Positions 26,944-36,012 of a stretch of 49,804 bases of DNA are shown in pieces. The notes beneath the pieces are model-generated. The model did not search any database. It was not told the origin of the DNA and saw only the letters and a program-made list of their open reading frames with translations. Position 1 is the stretch's first letter. Each line of letters begins with the position of its first letter. Source of the DNA: Desulfobacterales bacterium (lineage in GTDB: Bacteria > Desulfobacterota > Desulfobacteria > Desulfobacterales > SpSt-501); the NCBI GenBank assembly GCA_025454115.1, contig JALOPB010000002.1:1-49804 (forward strand), in the 5' to 3' direction. The position numbers and the translations under genes were made by a program.

Positions 26944-27383
26944 CCGCGTTTCGCTTTGGCCTTCTTGCCGTCTTTTTCAGGAGTGGCAGGCTCCGTCACC
27001 ATGCCCAGTTTTTCGACACCGGCATCCTTGATCTGGGCCATCGCCTGCGCCACCATCCCGTAAGGCACCTCTCGGTCCGCTTTCAGGTAAACGTCAGGAT
27101 TGGTGCGTCCCTGCAAAATTTTCGACAGCTTGTCCTGCAACGTGTCCAGGGTGACCTGGAAGTCGTTGATGTAGATCTGTCCGTCTTTGTTGAGCGTGAT
27201 CATCAAATGTTCTTCTTTGGTCTCCAGGGGTTTGGAGGTCACCTGTGGCAGCGCCACATCCATCCCCTGCATCATCATCGGGGCCGTCACCATGAAAATG
27301 ATGAGCAGCACCAGCATGACATCAACGAACGGCGTCACGTTGATCTCCGACATCAAGCTGTCGTGATTCTCGCCGGTCTTCAT
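26940..27383 (-). CDS. tolR: Biopolymer transport protein TolR/ExbD
   Basis: EINVTPFVDVMLVLLIIFMV is the ExbD/TolR signature. ATGA overlaps occur at both ends of the gene. Confidence 0.9.
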   Translation of the reverse strand: MKTGENHDSLMSEINVTPFVDVMLVLLIIFMVTAPMMMQGMDVALPQVTSKPLETKEEHLMITLNKDGQIYINDFQVTLDTLQDKLSKILQGRTNPDVYLKADREVPYGMVAQAMAQIKDAGVEKLGMVTEPATPEKDGKKAKAKRG

Positions 27384-28114
27384 CCCTTTCTCCTTTCAAC
27401 ACGCAGGATGTCCCGTTCGATGATGTTGAGAAAGTCGGCCGAAAAACTCTGGAACTCGGTTTCGACAATACGGATCTTGCTTGTGAAATAATTGAAGGCG
27501 ATAACTGCCGGAATGGCTGCCGCCAGGCCCGCGGCGGTCGCAACCAGCGCCTCCGAGATACCGGGCGCCACGACGGCCAGGCTAGCAGCGCCTTTCTGCC
27601 CGATGCCCTGGAAAGAACTCATGATACCCCACACGGTCCCGAAAAGCCCGATGAAGGGGGTCGTGTTGCCGGTAGTGGCCAGGAATGGGACCATTTGGGT
27701 CATGCGGGTCATTTCGGTGTTGATCGCCCGTCGCAGCGCTCGTTTCACGTTGTCGGTCGCCGCAAATCGTGCACTGAATGCAAAGTTCGGGTTGGCGACG
27801 GCATCGCCGGCATCCACCGGTTCCCCGGCCTGGCTGGTCTTTTTCAGCTCCATGTAAGCAATACGAAAGATCCGTGCCAGCGGGCTTCCGGGGAGCGCCT
27901 TGGCCTTGGCAAAAGCGCTTGAAAAATCGCGGCTCTTCCAGAAAAAATCGCTGAATTCGGCCGATTCACGCAGGGCGCGCCGGATGTAGCGATATTTGAT
28001 CAAGATGATGGCCCATGAGGCGATCGAGAAGAACAGCAGCAGCGCGAGCACCATCTGGACGACGATGCTGGCGTTGCGGACCATGTGAATCAAATCCAAC
28101 TGTGAAAAGTCCAT
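27380..28114 (-). CDS. tolQ: MotA/TolQ/ExbB proton channel protein TolQ
   Basis: LATTGNTTPFIGLFGTVWGIM and APGISEALVATAAGL. The likely start is ATG 28114 (GGAGCTGAGG upstream). Confidence 0.9.
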   Translation of the reverse strand: MDFSQLDLIHMVRNASIVVQMVLALLLFFSIASWAIILIKYRYIRRALRESAEFSDFFWKSRDFSSAFAKAKALPGSPLARIFRIAYMELKKTSQAGEPVDAGDAVANPNFAFSARFAATDNVKRALRRAINTEMTRMTQMVPFLATTGNTTPFIGLFGTVWGIMSSFQGIGQKGAASLAVVAPGISEALVATAAGLAAAIPAVIAFNYFTSKIRIVETEFQSFSADFLNIIERDILRVERRKG

Positions 28115-28350
28115 GAAAGAAACCTCAGCTCCCGTTTTCGGATACAAACTGCGCAGGCCGGCTGGCTTTCAGGATCGCCGTGCGAGCCTGTCCGCGCCGA
28201 ACCCGATCTGCGCAGCGGCTCTACCGGTGCTCGTGAAATGTCAAATGGTTAATATACCTTGTCTACAAGAAAAGTCAAAAAAAAAGAATTTTGGCGTTGC
28301 CTTCAGATGCGGTCTGGCGTAGAAACAGCTGTGCGTTAACGGGAGCCGCT

Positions 28351-28917
28351 ATGAAACGAATTGCCGACCTGTTGTTTGAAGCCCGCATGTTGAAGGAAGT
28401 CCCGCGATCCGGCTTTCATTTTCTGGGGACCGGCCGCGAATCCATCGCCGAACACGTATACAGCACGACCTTCATCGCTTTTGTGATGACTCAACTGCAC
28501 CCGGATATCGACGCCCGCAAATTGATGGGCATGTGCCTGCTGCATGATCTTCCGGAAGCCCGCACCGGAGACCTGAACTCCGTGAATAAGGCTTATGTCC
28601 GGGCCGATGAGCCCCAGGCTGTTGCCGACATGGTGCAGGGGCTCGCCTTCGGCCCGCAGATTCAGGGGCTGATCGAGGAGTACGCCGCCGGCAGCTCTCA
28701 GGAGGCGAAACTGGCGCGGGATGCCGACCAGCTGGCGCTGATCCTCGAATTGAAAGACTTGGACGACATCGGCTATCGCCCTCCCCAGACCTGGTTACCG
28801 CCTGTGTTGGGCCGCCTACGAACGGAAACCGGAAAGGCGCTGGCCGCCGCGATCATGAGCACGCACCGGGATGCCTGGTGGTGGCCGGCCGCCCAGGCCC
28901 GGGAGACGCCGACCTGA
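28351..28917 (+). CDS. HD-domain phosphohydrolase (YfbR-like 5'-nucleotidase family)
   Basis: MKRIADLLFEARMLKEVPRSGF ... ESIAEHVYS ... CLLHDLPEARTGD ... DADQLA is the HD motif arrangement. GGGAG precedes ATG 28351. Confidence 0.75.
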   Translation: MKRIADLLFEARMLKEVPRSGFHFLGTGRESIAEHVYSTTFIAFVMTQLHPDIDARKLMGMCLLHDLPEARTGDLNSVNKAYVRADEPQAVADMVQGLAFGPQIQGLIEEYAAGSSQEAKLARDADQLALILELKDLDDIGYRPPQTWLPPVLGRLRTETGKALAAAIMSTHRDAWWWPAAQARETPT

Positions 28918-28964
28918 ACCTATTTATCCGATTTATCCGAAACGTTTTCGAGCTGCTTTAAGGG

Positions 28965-28993
28965 TTGACATGCATGCCTCGTTTTTCTAAAAA
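28965..28993 (+). promoter_or_regulatory. Candidate sigma70 promoter of sdhCAB
   Basis: TTGACA (28965..28970), a 17-nt spacer, then TAAAAA (28988..28993). Confidence 0.4.
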
Positions 28994-29076
28994 GTCCTAA
29001 TCTATAAGGTAGCCTTCGTCATGGCACTCGGACTCAGCCATAACCAATAACTGCCCTCATCGCCGGAGGTATGCGT

Positions 29077-29718
29077 ATGAACTGGTTTTCCGCCGCCCTC
29101 GGGTCATCCGTCGGGAAGAAACTGATGATGGCCTTGACCGGACTGGCCTTCATCGGTTTTCTGGCCGCTCACCTGGCCGGCAACCTCACGATTTACGGAG
29201 GCAAAGCAGCCTTCAACGGTTACGCCGAAAAGCTGCAATCGCTGGGGCCCCTGCTTCACCTTTTTCGCGCCGGCCTGATCACGTTTGCGCTGGTGCATAT
29301 CCTGACTGGGTTGTATCTGTTTCTGCTTAACCGTAAGGCCCGACCCGTCGGTTACCGCATGCACGCGTCCGCCGGCGGACGGACGCTGAGTTCCCGGACC
29401 ATGCCTTACACCGGGATCGTCATCCTGGCCTTCGTGATCTTTCATCTCTTTCATTTCACCTTCGTCGACAAGACATCCACCACCGTTTTCGACATGGTCG
29501 CCGCCGCTTTCAATCAGCCGTTTTATATGCTGCTTTATGCGATCCTGATGATCGTTGTTGCGCTTCACGTCAGGCATGGGTTCTGGAGTGCGTTCCAGAC
29601 CCTCGGCGTCAATCACCCCAAGTACATGCTGACGGTCACGACCGTCAGCTTCGCGGCGGGCGTTATCGTCGCGTTGGGGTTCGGCCTGCTGCCGCTTGTC
29701 ATCGCGCTGTGGTACTAG
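29077..29718 (+). CDS. sdhC: Succinate dehydrogenase / fumarate reductase dihaem cytochrome b subunit (type B, 5 TM helices)
   Basis: Polytopic protein with conserved His residues in TM helices (AAHLAGN, LVHILTG, FHLFHF, LHVRHGF). It sits upstream of the flavoprotein and Fe-S subunits. ATG 29077 is spaced 6 nt from GGAGG; ATG 29071 abuts the SD. Confidence 0.8.
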   Translation: MNWFSAALGSSVGKKLMMALTGLAFIGFLAAHLAGNLTIYGGKAAFNGYAEKLQSLGPLLHLFRAGLITFALVHILTGLYLFLLNRKARPVGYRMHASAGGRTLSSRTMPYTGIVILAFVIFHLFHFTFVDKTSTTVFDMVAAAFNQPFYMLLYAILMIVVALHVRHGFWSAFQTLGVNHPKYMLTVTTVSFAAGVIVALGFGLLPLVIALWY

Positions 29719-29739
29719 CGTTTACAGAAAGGACCCCCC

Positions 29740-31653
29740 ATGCGCCTGGATGCCAAAATTCCTGCGGGCCCCTTGCCCCAGAAATGGGACCGCCACCGGT
29801 TTGAGCTGAAGCTCGTCAACCCCGCCAACAAACGCAAATTCGACATCATCGTCGTCGGCACCGGTTTGGCCGGCGCCTCGGCCTCCGCCAGTCTGGCAGA
29901 GCTGGGCTACAACGTGAAGACGTTCTGCATTCACGACTCGCCCCGCCGCGCGCACAGCATCGCGGCCCAAGGCGGCATCAACGCCGCCAAAAACTACCCC
30001 AATGACGGTGACAGCATCTGGCGGCTTTTCTACGACACAGTCAAAGGCGGCGACTTCCGTGCACGCGAGGCCAACGTCTATCGCTTGGCCCAGGTTAGCA
30101 ATTTAATCATCGATCAATGCGTTGCTCAGGGAGTTCCGTTTGCCCGCGAATACGGTGGGCTGCTGGCCAACCGCTCCTTCGGCGGAGCGCAGCTGTCGCG
30201 CACGTTCTATGCCCGCGGTCAGACGGGCCAACAGCTCCTTCTGGGGGCTTACAGTGCCCTGATGCGCCAGGTAGCAACCGGTAAAGTGCGCATGTTCCCT
30301 CGCCGGGAGATGCTGGATCTGGTGCTGGTTAACGGCCAGGCCCGCGGCATCATCGCGCGCAACCTGGTCAACGGCGAAACCGAACGCCATGAAGGGCATG
30401 CGGTGGTGCTGTGCACCGGTGGCTACGGCAATGTTTATTATCTGTCGACCAACGCCAAGGCCTGCAACGTGACCGCCACGTTTAGAGCCTACAAGCGCGG
30501 AGCCGGTTTCGGCAACCCGTGTTTTACCCAGATTCATCCCACCTGCATCCCCGTGCACGGCACCTACCAATCGAAGCTCACGTTGATGAGTGAGAGCCTG
30601 CGCAACGACGGACGGGTGTGGGTGCCCAAGACGCCGGGCGACCAACGCAAACCCAGCCAGATCCCGGAAGCCGAACGGGATTATTTTCTGGAGCGCAAGT
30701 ACCCCAGCTTCGGCAATCTCGTGCCGCGCGACGTAGCCTCGCGCAATGCCAAGGAACAGTGCGATCAGGGCAAGGGCGTGGGCGGAACGGGTCTGGCCGT
30801 CTACCTCGATTTCGCCGACGCGATCCAGCGCGACGGCCGGACGCTCATTGCGAAAAAGTACGGCAATCTTTTCCAGATGTACGAAAAGATCACCGGCGAG
30901 GACCCCTATGAAACGCCGATGATGATCTACCCGGCCGTGCATTACACGATGGGCGGGCTGTGGGTGGACTACAATCTGATGAGTACCATCGACGGGTTGT
31001 TTGTCCTCGGCGAAGCCAATTTTTCAGACCATGGCGCCAACCGGCTGGGAGCCAGCGCGTTGATGCAGGGGTTGGCCGACGGGTACTTTGTGATTCCCTA
31101 TACGATCGGGGGCTACCTGGCCGGATCGCGTTTTGCGGAGGTGAATAACGATCATCCGGCCTTCACCGATTCCGTCAAGCAGGTTCAGGAGCGAGTCGCC
31201 AAGCTCCTGGGCGTACGCGGCCAGCGCACCGTCGACGACTTCCACCGCCAGCTGGGGTTGGTGATGTGGGACCACTGCGGCATGGCCCGTACCAACGACG
31301 GGCTGGCAAAAGCCCGCACCCGCATACAGGAGTTGCGCGCGGAGTTCTGGCAAAACGTGCGAGTGCCCGGAACCGGGCGCGACTTCAACCAAAGCCTTGA
31401 AAAAGCGGGGCGGGTAGCGGATTTTTTGGAATTTGCCGAATTGCTGATCCTGGATGCACTCGCGCGGCAGGAATCCTGTGGCGGACATTTCAACGAGGCC
31501 TTCCAAACCGAGGAAAACGAAGCCAAACGCGACGACGCCAATTTTTGCCACGCGGCCGCCTGGGAGTTCGCCGGAGAAGACAAGGATCCCGTTTTACACA
31601 AGGAGCCTTTGGTGTTCGAGAACGTGCACCTCACTCAAAGGAGTTACAAGTGA
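29740..31653 (+). CDS. sdhA: Succinate dehydrogenase / fumarate reductase flavoprotein subunit
   Basis: FAD-binding [14 protein letters not shown], the covalent-FAD motif [14 protein letters not shown], and [10 protein letters not shown] ... HPTCIP. Confidence 0.95.
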   Translation: MRLDAKIPAGPLPQKWDRHRFELKLVNPANKRKFDIIVVGTGLAGASASASLAELGYNVKTFCIHDSPRRAHSIAAQGGINAAKNYPNDGDSIWRLFYDTVKGGDFRAREANVYRLAQVSNLIIDQCVAQGVPFAREYGGLLANRSFGGAQLSRTFYARGQTGQQLLLGAYSALMRQVATGKVRMFPRREMLDLVLVNGQARGIIARNLVNGETERHEGHAVVLCTGGYGNVYYLSTNAKACNVTATFRAYKRGAGFGNPCFTQIHPTCIPVHGTYQSKLTLMSESLRNDGRVWVPKTPGDQRKPSQIPEAERDYFLERKYPSFGNLVPRDVASRNAKEQCDQGKGVGGTGLAVYLDFADAIQRDGRTLIAKKYGNLFQMYEKITGEDPYETPMMIYPAVHYTMGGLWVDYNLMSTIDGLFVLGEANFSDHGANRLGASALMQGLADGYFVIPYTIGGYLAGSRFAEVNNDHPAFTDSVKQVQERVAKLLGVRGQRTVDDFHRQLGLVMWDHCGMARTNDGLAKARTRIQELRAEFWQNVRVPGTGRDFNQSLEKAGRVADFLEFAELLILDALARQESCGGHFNEAFQTEENEAKRDDANFCHAAAWEFAGEDKDPVLHKEPLVFENVHLTQRSYK

Positions 31654-32414
31654 GCAAGACCATTCACCTGACGCTGAAGATCTGGCGGCAGAACGGTCCG
31701 AACGATAAGGGCCGTTTCGAGACCTACCCGGCCCAGAATATCTCGACGGACATGTCGTTCCTGGAGATGCTGGATGTGGTCAACGAACAGCTGACGCTGG
31801 AGGGCAAGGAGCCGATCGCTTTTGAACACGACTGCCGCGAAGGCATCTGCGGCACTTGCGGCACCATGGTCAACGGCCGGGCCCACGGCCAGCTCAAAGG
31901 CACCACCCTCTGCCAGCTGCACATGCGCCATTTTTCCGACGGCGACACCCTGGTGATCGAACCGTTCCGTGCCCGGGCGTTCCCGGTAATCAAGGATCTC
32001 GTGGTCGATCGCAGCGCGCTGGACCGTGTGATCCAGGCGGGCGGTTACATCTCCGTCAGCACCGGCAATGCGCCGGAGGCCAACACGTTGCCGGTCCCGC
32101 AGGATCGCGCGGAGCGCGCCATGGACGCCGCCGCCTGCATCGGTTGCGGGGCCTGTGTCGCTTCGTGCCCGAATGCCTCGGCCATGCTTTTCGTGAGCGC
32201 CAAGGTTTCCCAGCTATCTCTGCTGCCGCACGGCCGCCCGGAGGCTGCCCGGCGGGCCATCGGCATGGTGCGGGCCATGGACGGGTGCGGGTTCGGAAAC
32301 TGCTCCAATCATCGGGAGTGCGAAAAAACCTGTCCGAAAGAGATCTCCATCGTCAACATCGCGCGCCTGAACCGCGAATACGTCAAGGCCACGTTCATCT
32401 CTCAAGAAAGCTAG
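31650..32414 (+). CDS. sdhB: Succinate dehydrogenase / fumarate reductase iron-sulfur subunit
   Basis: The GTG start overlaps the sdhA TGA (GTGA), with AAGGAG upstream. Cys clusters [22 protein letters not shown] and [17 protein letters not shown]. Confidence 0.9.
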   Translation: MSKTIHLTLKIWRQNGPNDKGRFETYPAQNISTDMSFLEMLDVVNEQLTLEGKEPIAFEHDCREGICGTCGTMVNGRAHGQLKGTTLCQLHMRHFSDGDTLVIEPFRARAFPVIKDLVVDRSALDRVIQAGGYISVSTGNAPEANTLPVPQDRAERAMDAAACIGCGACVASCPNASAMLFVSAKVSQLSLLPHGRPEAARRAIGMVRAMDGCGFGNCSNHRECEKTCPKEISIVNIARLNREYVKATFISQES

Positions 32415-32432
32415 TAACCCCGCCTTTTCGGA

Positions 32433-32467
32433 AACGCCCCCGCCCGCCAAACGGGCGGGGGCGTTTT
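32433..32467. terminator. Bidirectional rho-independent terminator between convergent sdhB and the hybrid kinase gene
   Basis: A 14-bp perfect stem, aacgcccccgcccg (32433..32446) with cgggcgggggcgtt (32452..32465), around the loop ccaaa. T-runs are present on both strands. Confidence 0.8.
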
Positions 32468-32480
32468 CATTCGACAGCTG

Positions 32481-33830
32481 TCAGCGTTGCGTGAGCAGGT
32501 CTTGCACCGTCTGCAACAGGAGCGGAATGTCGAAGGGCTTGGCCAGCACGTGGCTGAAACCGAGCGTCGCCAGTTCGTCCAGCTTGGGATGGCCCGGATG
32601 ACCCGTCGTGATGATCACTTTAATTCCGGCGAGTGCTGGCTCGGTCTTGATGCTGCGGCAGACTTCCAGCCCGTCCATCTCCGGCATGAACACGTCCAGT
32701 ATGAGCAGATCGGGACGGTAGGTCCCCAGTCGAATCGAGGCCTCAATCCCGTTCGAGGCTTCCTCCAACAAGTAAGCGCGCGGCAGGGCCAACGCCTCCA
32801 TCAGGATCTGGCGAACCATCGGATCATCGTCCACCACGAGGATCTTGGCAGCTTGGCGCTCCAATCGGCTGGGCAGCCGAACGGTGAAAACCGTGCCGCC
32901 GCCCGGTCGGTTCTCAAAAGCGACGTCCCCGCCATGGGCTTTGACCAGGCTATACGTCACCGACAACCCGAGCCCGGTCCCTCCCTGGGCTTGTTTGTCA
33001 CTGACGAAAGGCAGAAAGATGCGATTGGCGATGGCCGGCGAGACGCCTCGCCCGTTATCCGAAACCTGGATCCAAACCCGTCCGTCATTGAACGCCACGC
33101 CCGTCCGAATCGATAGTTCCCCCTGCTCGTGGTCGATGGCCTGAGCGGCGTTGATCACCAGGTTCAAGACGATCTGCTCGATGTTGTGCAGATTGCCCGT
33201 AATCTCGGGCAAATCCTCCGCAAGTCCCAGATGGACGGCCACGCCGGCCTTGCGCAGGGTGCTTTGCGACAAGCGCAGGGCATTACGAACCGCCGCGTTG
33301 ATATTGAGCGGGCCTTGATCCGAGATGTTGGACTGACGCGAGAAATTCTTGAGGTCCGAAACGATTTTGGCCATCCGCTGAGCGGCCATCCCCATATCGG
33401 CGATCAACTGCGGAAGGTGCTCCTGAAGGAAATCGTACGTGAACCCGCCGAATTTCTTTTCAGGTTCGTCGCGGCGGTGGGCGGTCAGAACGGGCAGCAG
33501 GTCCGCCCAGGTTTTTTGCAGCAACGGAAGGTTGTACAAAATGAGATTGAGCGGGTTATTGATCTCGTGGGCCACACCGGCCACGAGCGTTCCAAGGGCC
33601 TCCATCTTCTGAGCTTGTTGCAGCTGCCGCTCGACGTCCCTCAACGCCCGATCGGTCTTGCGCAGCAACGATTCCAGGCGCTGGCATTCGTCGCAACGGT
33701 CCGCCGGCTTCGGAAGCCTCTTGGTCGAAGCAGGATGGTCTTCGGTCATTGGGCCATACCTTAATAGCGAAGTGGTCCCCCGTTGCATGCACCCGAAGGG
33801 ATCGTTTCGACACGGACACCGGCCGGTCAA
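32481..33830 (-). CDS. Hybrid sensor histidine kinase / response regulator (HisKA + HATPase_c + C-terminal receiver; no recognisable input domain)
   Basis: H-box VAGVAHEINNPLN; N, G1 and G2 boxes (LVINAAQA, DNGRGV, GTGLGLS); receiver KILVVDDDP...DLLILDVFMPEMDG. The start is either TTG 33830, overlapping the upstream TGA (TTGA), or ATG 33749. Confidence 0.85.
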   Translation of the reverse strand: MTGRCPCRNDPFGCMQRGTTSLLRYGPMTEDHPASTKRLPKPADRCDECQRLESLLRKTDRALRDVERQLQQAQKMEALGTLVAGVAHEINNPLNLILYNLPLLQKTWADLLPVLTAHRRDEPEKKFGGFTYDFLQEHLPQLIADMGMAAQRMAKIVSDLKNFSRQSNISDQGPLNINAAVRNALRLSQSTLRKAGVAVHLGLAEDLPEITGNLHNIEQIVLNLVINAAQAIDHEQGELSIRTGVAFNDGRVWIQVSDNGRGVSPAIANRIFLPFVSDKQAQGGTGLGLSVTYSLVKAHGGDVAFENRPGGGTVFTVRLPSRLERQAAKILVVDDDPMVRQILMEALALPRAYLLEEASNGIEASIRLGTYRPDLLILDVFMPEMDGLEVCRSIKTEPALAGIKVIITTGHPGHPKLDELATLGFSHVLAKPFDIPLLLQTVQDLLTQR

Positions 33831-34657
33831 GCCGCTCTTTCCAGTTTCACGTCCCCTCCCCCCAACCGCCGGGCGGCTTGAGTCACCTGAGGAGTGAGAT
33901 CTGTAACCAGCAATTGGACCTTTCGCCCGTTGACCGCTGCCGCAGGCGGTGGTTCCTGATTTTGGAGGTGCTCCGCCACCCGAGAGACCAGACCCGCGGT
34001 GGCCTCCACCAGAACCACCTGCGAGCCGATTTTACGCTGAATGACCTGCCGCAGGGCAACGAACGCACTGCTTCCGAGGATCAGCGTATCCACATCGCGT
34101 TGTTTGATGGCGCGCACGCCGCGTTTGACGACCATGGCGGTTTCGCGTCGCTTCTGCCACCCTTCCTCGACCAGCGGTGCCCACAGAGGGCAGGCCGCCA
34201 CAAAAATATCGGCTGGTGCGCACCGCGCGCGGATCAATTCCTCGTACCGCCGGCTTTCGGCCGTTGCACGGGAGGCGACCAACCCGATGCGCTTCCGATG
34301 CGAGCGTGCGATCGCCATCTCGGCGGCTACCGTGGTAATGTCGAAGAGCGCTTTACCGAAGCGGTGATACAAGGCATCAAAAGCAACCGCCGAAATCGTG
34401 TGGCTGGCTGTCACTAGAATCCGGGCACCGCAGCGCCATACGTACTCCGCACCCTCCAGCGCCCCTCGTATGATCGTCTCGGCGCTCCGGTTGCCGTATG
34501 GCGCATGGGCCGTATCCGAATAATAAACGATATCCTGTCCGGGAAGCTTTTTCAGAAGCGCATCGACGATGTAAAGCCCCGCGACGCCAGCATCGATGAC
34601 TCCGATCACAACCACCTCATGATGCAGCGATTCTTGCGATCGCTCCGCGCAGCCCAA
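33827..34657 (-). CDS. Glutamate racemase (MurI) homologue with both catalytic Cys replaced by Ser
   Basis: MurI-like motifs IGVIDAGVAGL, DTAHAPYG, ILVTASHTIS (canonical xxxACNTAx), ACPLWAPLVEEG and DTLILGSSAFV (canonical LILGCTHYP). The start is uncertain: TTG 34657 or a GTG near 34615. Confidence 0.7.
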   Translation of the reverse strand: MGCAERSQESLHHEVVVIGVIDAGVAGLYIVDALLKKLPGQDIVYYSDTAHAPYGNRSAETIIRGALEGAEYVWRCGARILVTASHTISAVAFDALYHRFGKALFDITTVAAEMAIARSHRKRIGLVASRATAESRRYEELIRARCAPADIFVAACPLWAPLVEEGWQKRRETAMVVKRGVRAIKQRDVDTLILGSSAFVALRQVIQRKIGSQVVLVEATAGLVSRVAEHLQNQEPPPAAAVNGRKVQLLVTDLTPQVTQAARRLGGGDVKLERAA

Positions 34658-34693
34658 CCAGCAGCGGGCCCGGTTTGTCTGCGGACGTTGCCT

Positions 34694-35107
34694 CTACGGA
34701 TTCGGTGCCTCAGTGGCCAGAATCCGCCGAACGCAGTCCCGTACCTGATCGAGAGAGACATCCTTGCGCATACCGGGGCATAGGGCCGCCATGATTTTCC
34801 AATTGAAGGCATCCGCCACCACGCTTTCGATAAAGGGCCACCGGCGGCACATACGAGGCTTCACCGGATGAATGGTGCAGGTCTGGTCCCAAAAAATGCA
34901 ATAACCGTCCGCGCGCTGTGCCAGCAAGTACCGCTCCCCGGAGGGCCGGCAACAGCGGCTCATCAGGTCGGATAAATCGTCTCCAAGGAACTCGGCGATA
35001 GCTGCGATATCTTCGCGGCTGACGTACGTCCCGCCGAAGCCCCGGCAGCAATCGCCGCAACGCGTGCAGCCGAATAGGTCGGCGGCGGTCAGGTTAGACG
35101 ATGGCAC
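34694..35107 (-). CDS. YkgJ-family Cys-cluster protein (UPF0153, putative Zn/Fe-chelating domain)
   Basis: The CTRCGDCCRGFGG motif plus downstream Cys residues (YCIFWDQTCTIHPVKPRMCRRWP). The GTG start overlaps the recR end by 14 nt. Confidence 0.7.
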   Translation of the reverse strand: MPSSNLTAADLFGCTRCGDCCRGFGGTYVSREDIAAIAEFLGDDLSDLMSRCCRPSGERYLLAQRADGYCIFWDQTCTIHPVKPRMCRRWPFIESVVADAFNWKIMAALCPGMRKDVSLDQVRDCVRRILATEAPNP

Positions 35108-35696
35108 GGCGCGAATCCATCGCTTTCTTGAGGGTCACCTGATCCACATATTTCAGATCACCGCCCATGGGAACCCCCGCAGCGATACGAGTCACGGTGA
35201 TGGACCGACCCTCCAAATGACTGGCGATATAAGCGGCGGTAGCTTCGCCTTCGACGCTGGTGCCGGTGGCCAGCACGACCTCCCGGACCCCGCCGGCGGC
35301 TACTTTCTGGAGCAGCTCCCGGATCCGAAGTTCATCAGGACCCACCCCGTTCATGGGAGACAGCACTCCGGACAGCACGTGGTAATGCCCGTTGAATGCG
35401 CCGGATTTCTCCAGCGCGACCAGGTCGCCGGGCTGTTCGACGACGCACACCACCGAGCCATCACGCGCCGGGTTGCTGCAGATGGCGCAAAGGTCGCCGT
35501 CGGCCAGCGAAAAACAGCGTGAACAGAGCTGAACCTTCTGTTTGACATCGAGAATGCTGCGGCCCAATTCTTCCACGAAACGGTCCGTCGTATAGAGCAG
35601 ATGAAGCGCCAGGCGCTCGGCGGTCTTTTCTCCGATCCCGGGAAGCCGAGCCATGCATTTAATCAGCTGGCGGATCGGGGTGGGATAGAAGCTCAT
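35094..35696 (-). CDS. recR: Recombination protein RecR
   Basis: LPGIGEKTAERLA (HhH), the Cys4 zinc finger CSRCFSLADGDLCAIC, and a Toprim region VCVVEQPGDLVALE. Confidence 0.95.
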   Translation of the reverse strand: MSFYPTPIRQLIKCMARLPGIGEKTAERLALHLLYTTDRFVEELGRSILDVKQKVQLCSRCFSLADGDLCAICSNPARDGSVVCVVEQPGDLVALEKSGAFNGHYHVLSGVLSPMNGVGPDELRIRELLQKVAAGGVREVVLATGTSVEGEATAAYIASHLEGRSITVTRIAAGVPMGGDLKYVDQVTLKKAMDSRRAIV

Positions 35697-35700
35697 GCGA

Positions 35701-36012
35701 TCACATCAACCCCGGCAGATTCAGGCCACCGGTCAGTTTACCCATTTCCGAGGCAACCATTTCCTGAGATTTGGCCAACGCATCGTTGACGGCGGCCAGG
35801 ATCAGATCTTGGAGCATTTCGACGTCCTCCGGATTGACGACTTCCTTTTCAATCCGAATCGACACGACCTGGTGCCGGCCGTTGGCTATCACCTTGATCA
35901 TGCCGCCGCCGACGGCGGACTCCACCGTCCGATCGGCCAGCTCGGCCTGCATCTTGATCATCCGCGCCTGGAGCTGCTGCGCCTGCTTCATCATTTGGCC
36001 CATGCCCTTCAT
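35701..36012 (-). CDS. ybaB: Nucleoid-associated protein YbaB/EbfC
   Basis: MKGMGQMMKQAQQLQARMIKMQAELA...GGGMIKVIANG...LQDLILAAVNDAL. The ATG overlaps the dnaX TGA. Confidence 0.93.
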   Translation of the reverse strand: MKGMGQMMKQAQQLQARMIKMQAELADRTVESAVGGGMIKVIANGRHQVVSIRIEKEVVNPEDVEMLQDLILAAVNDALAKSQEMVASEMGKLTGGLNLPGLM

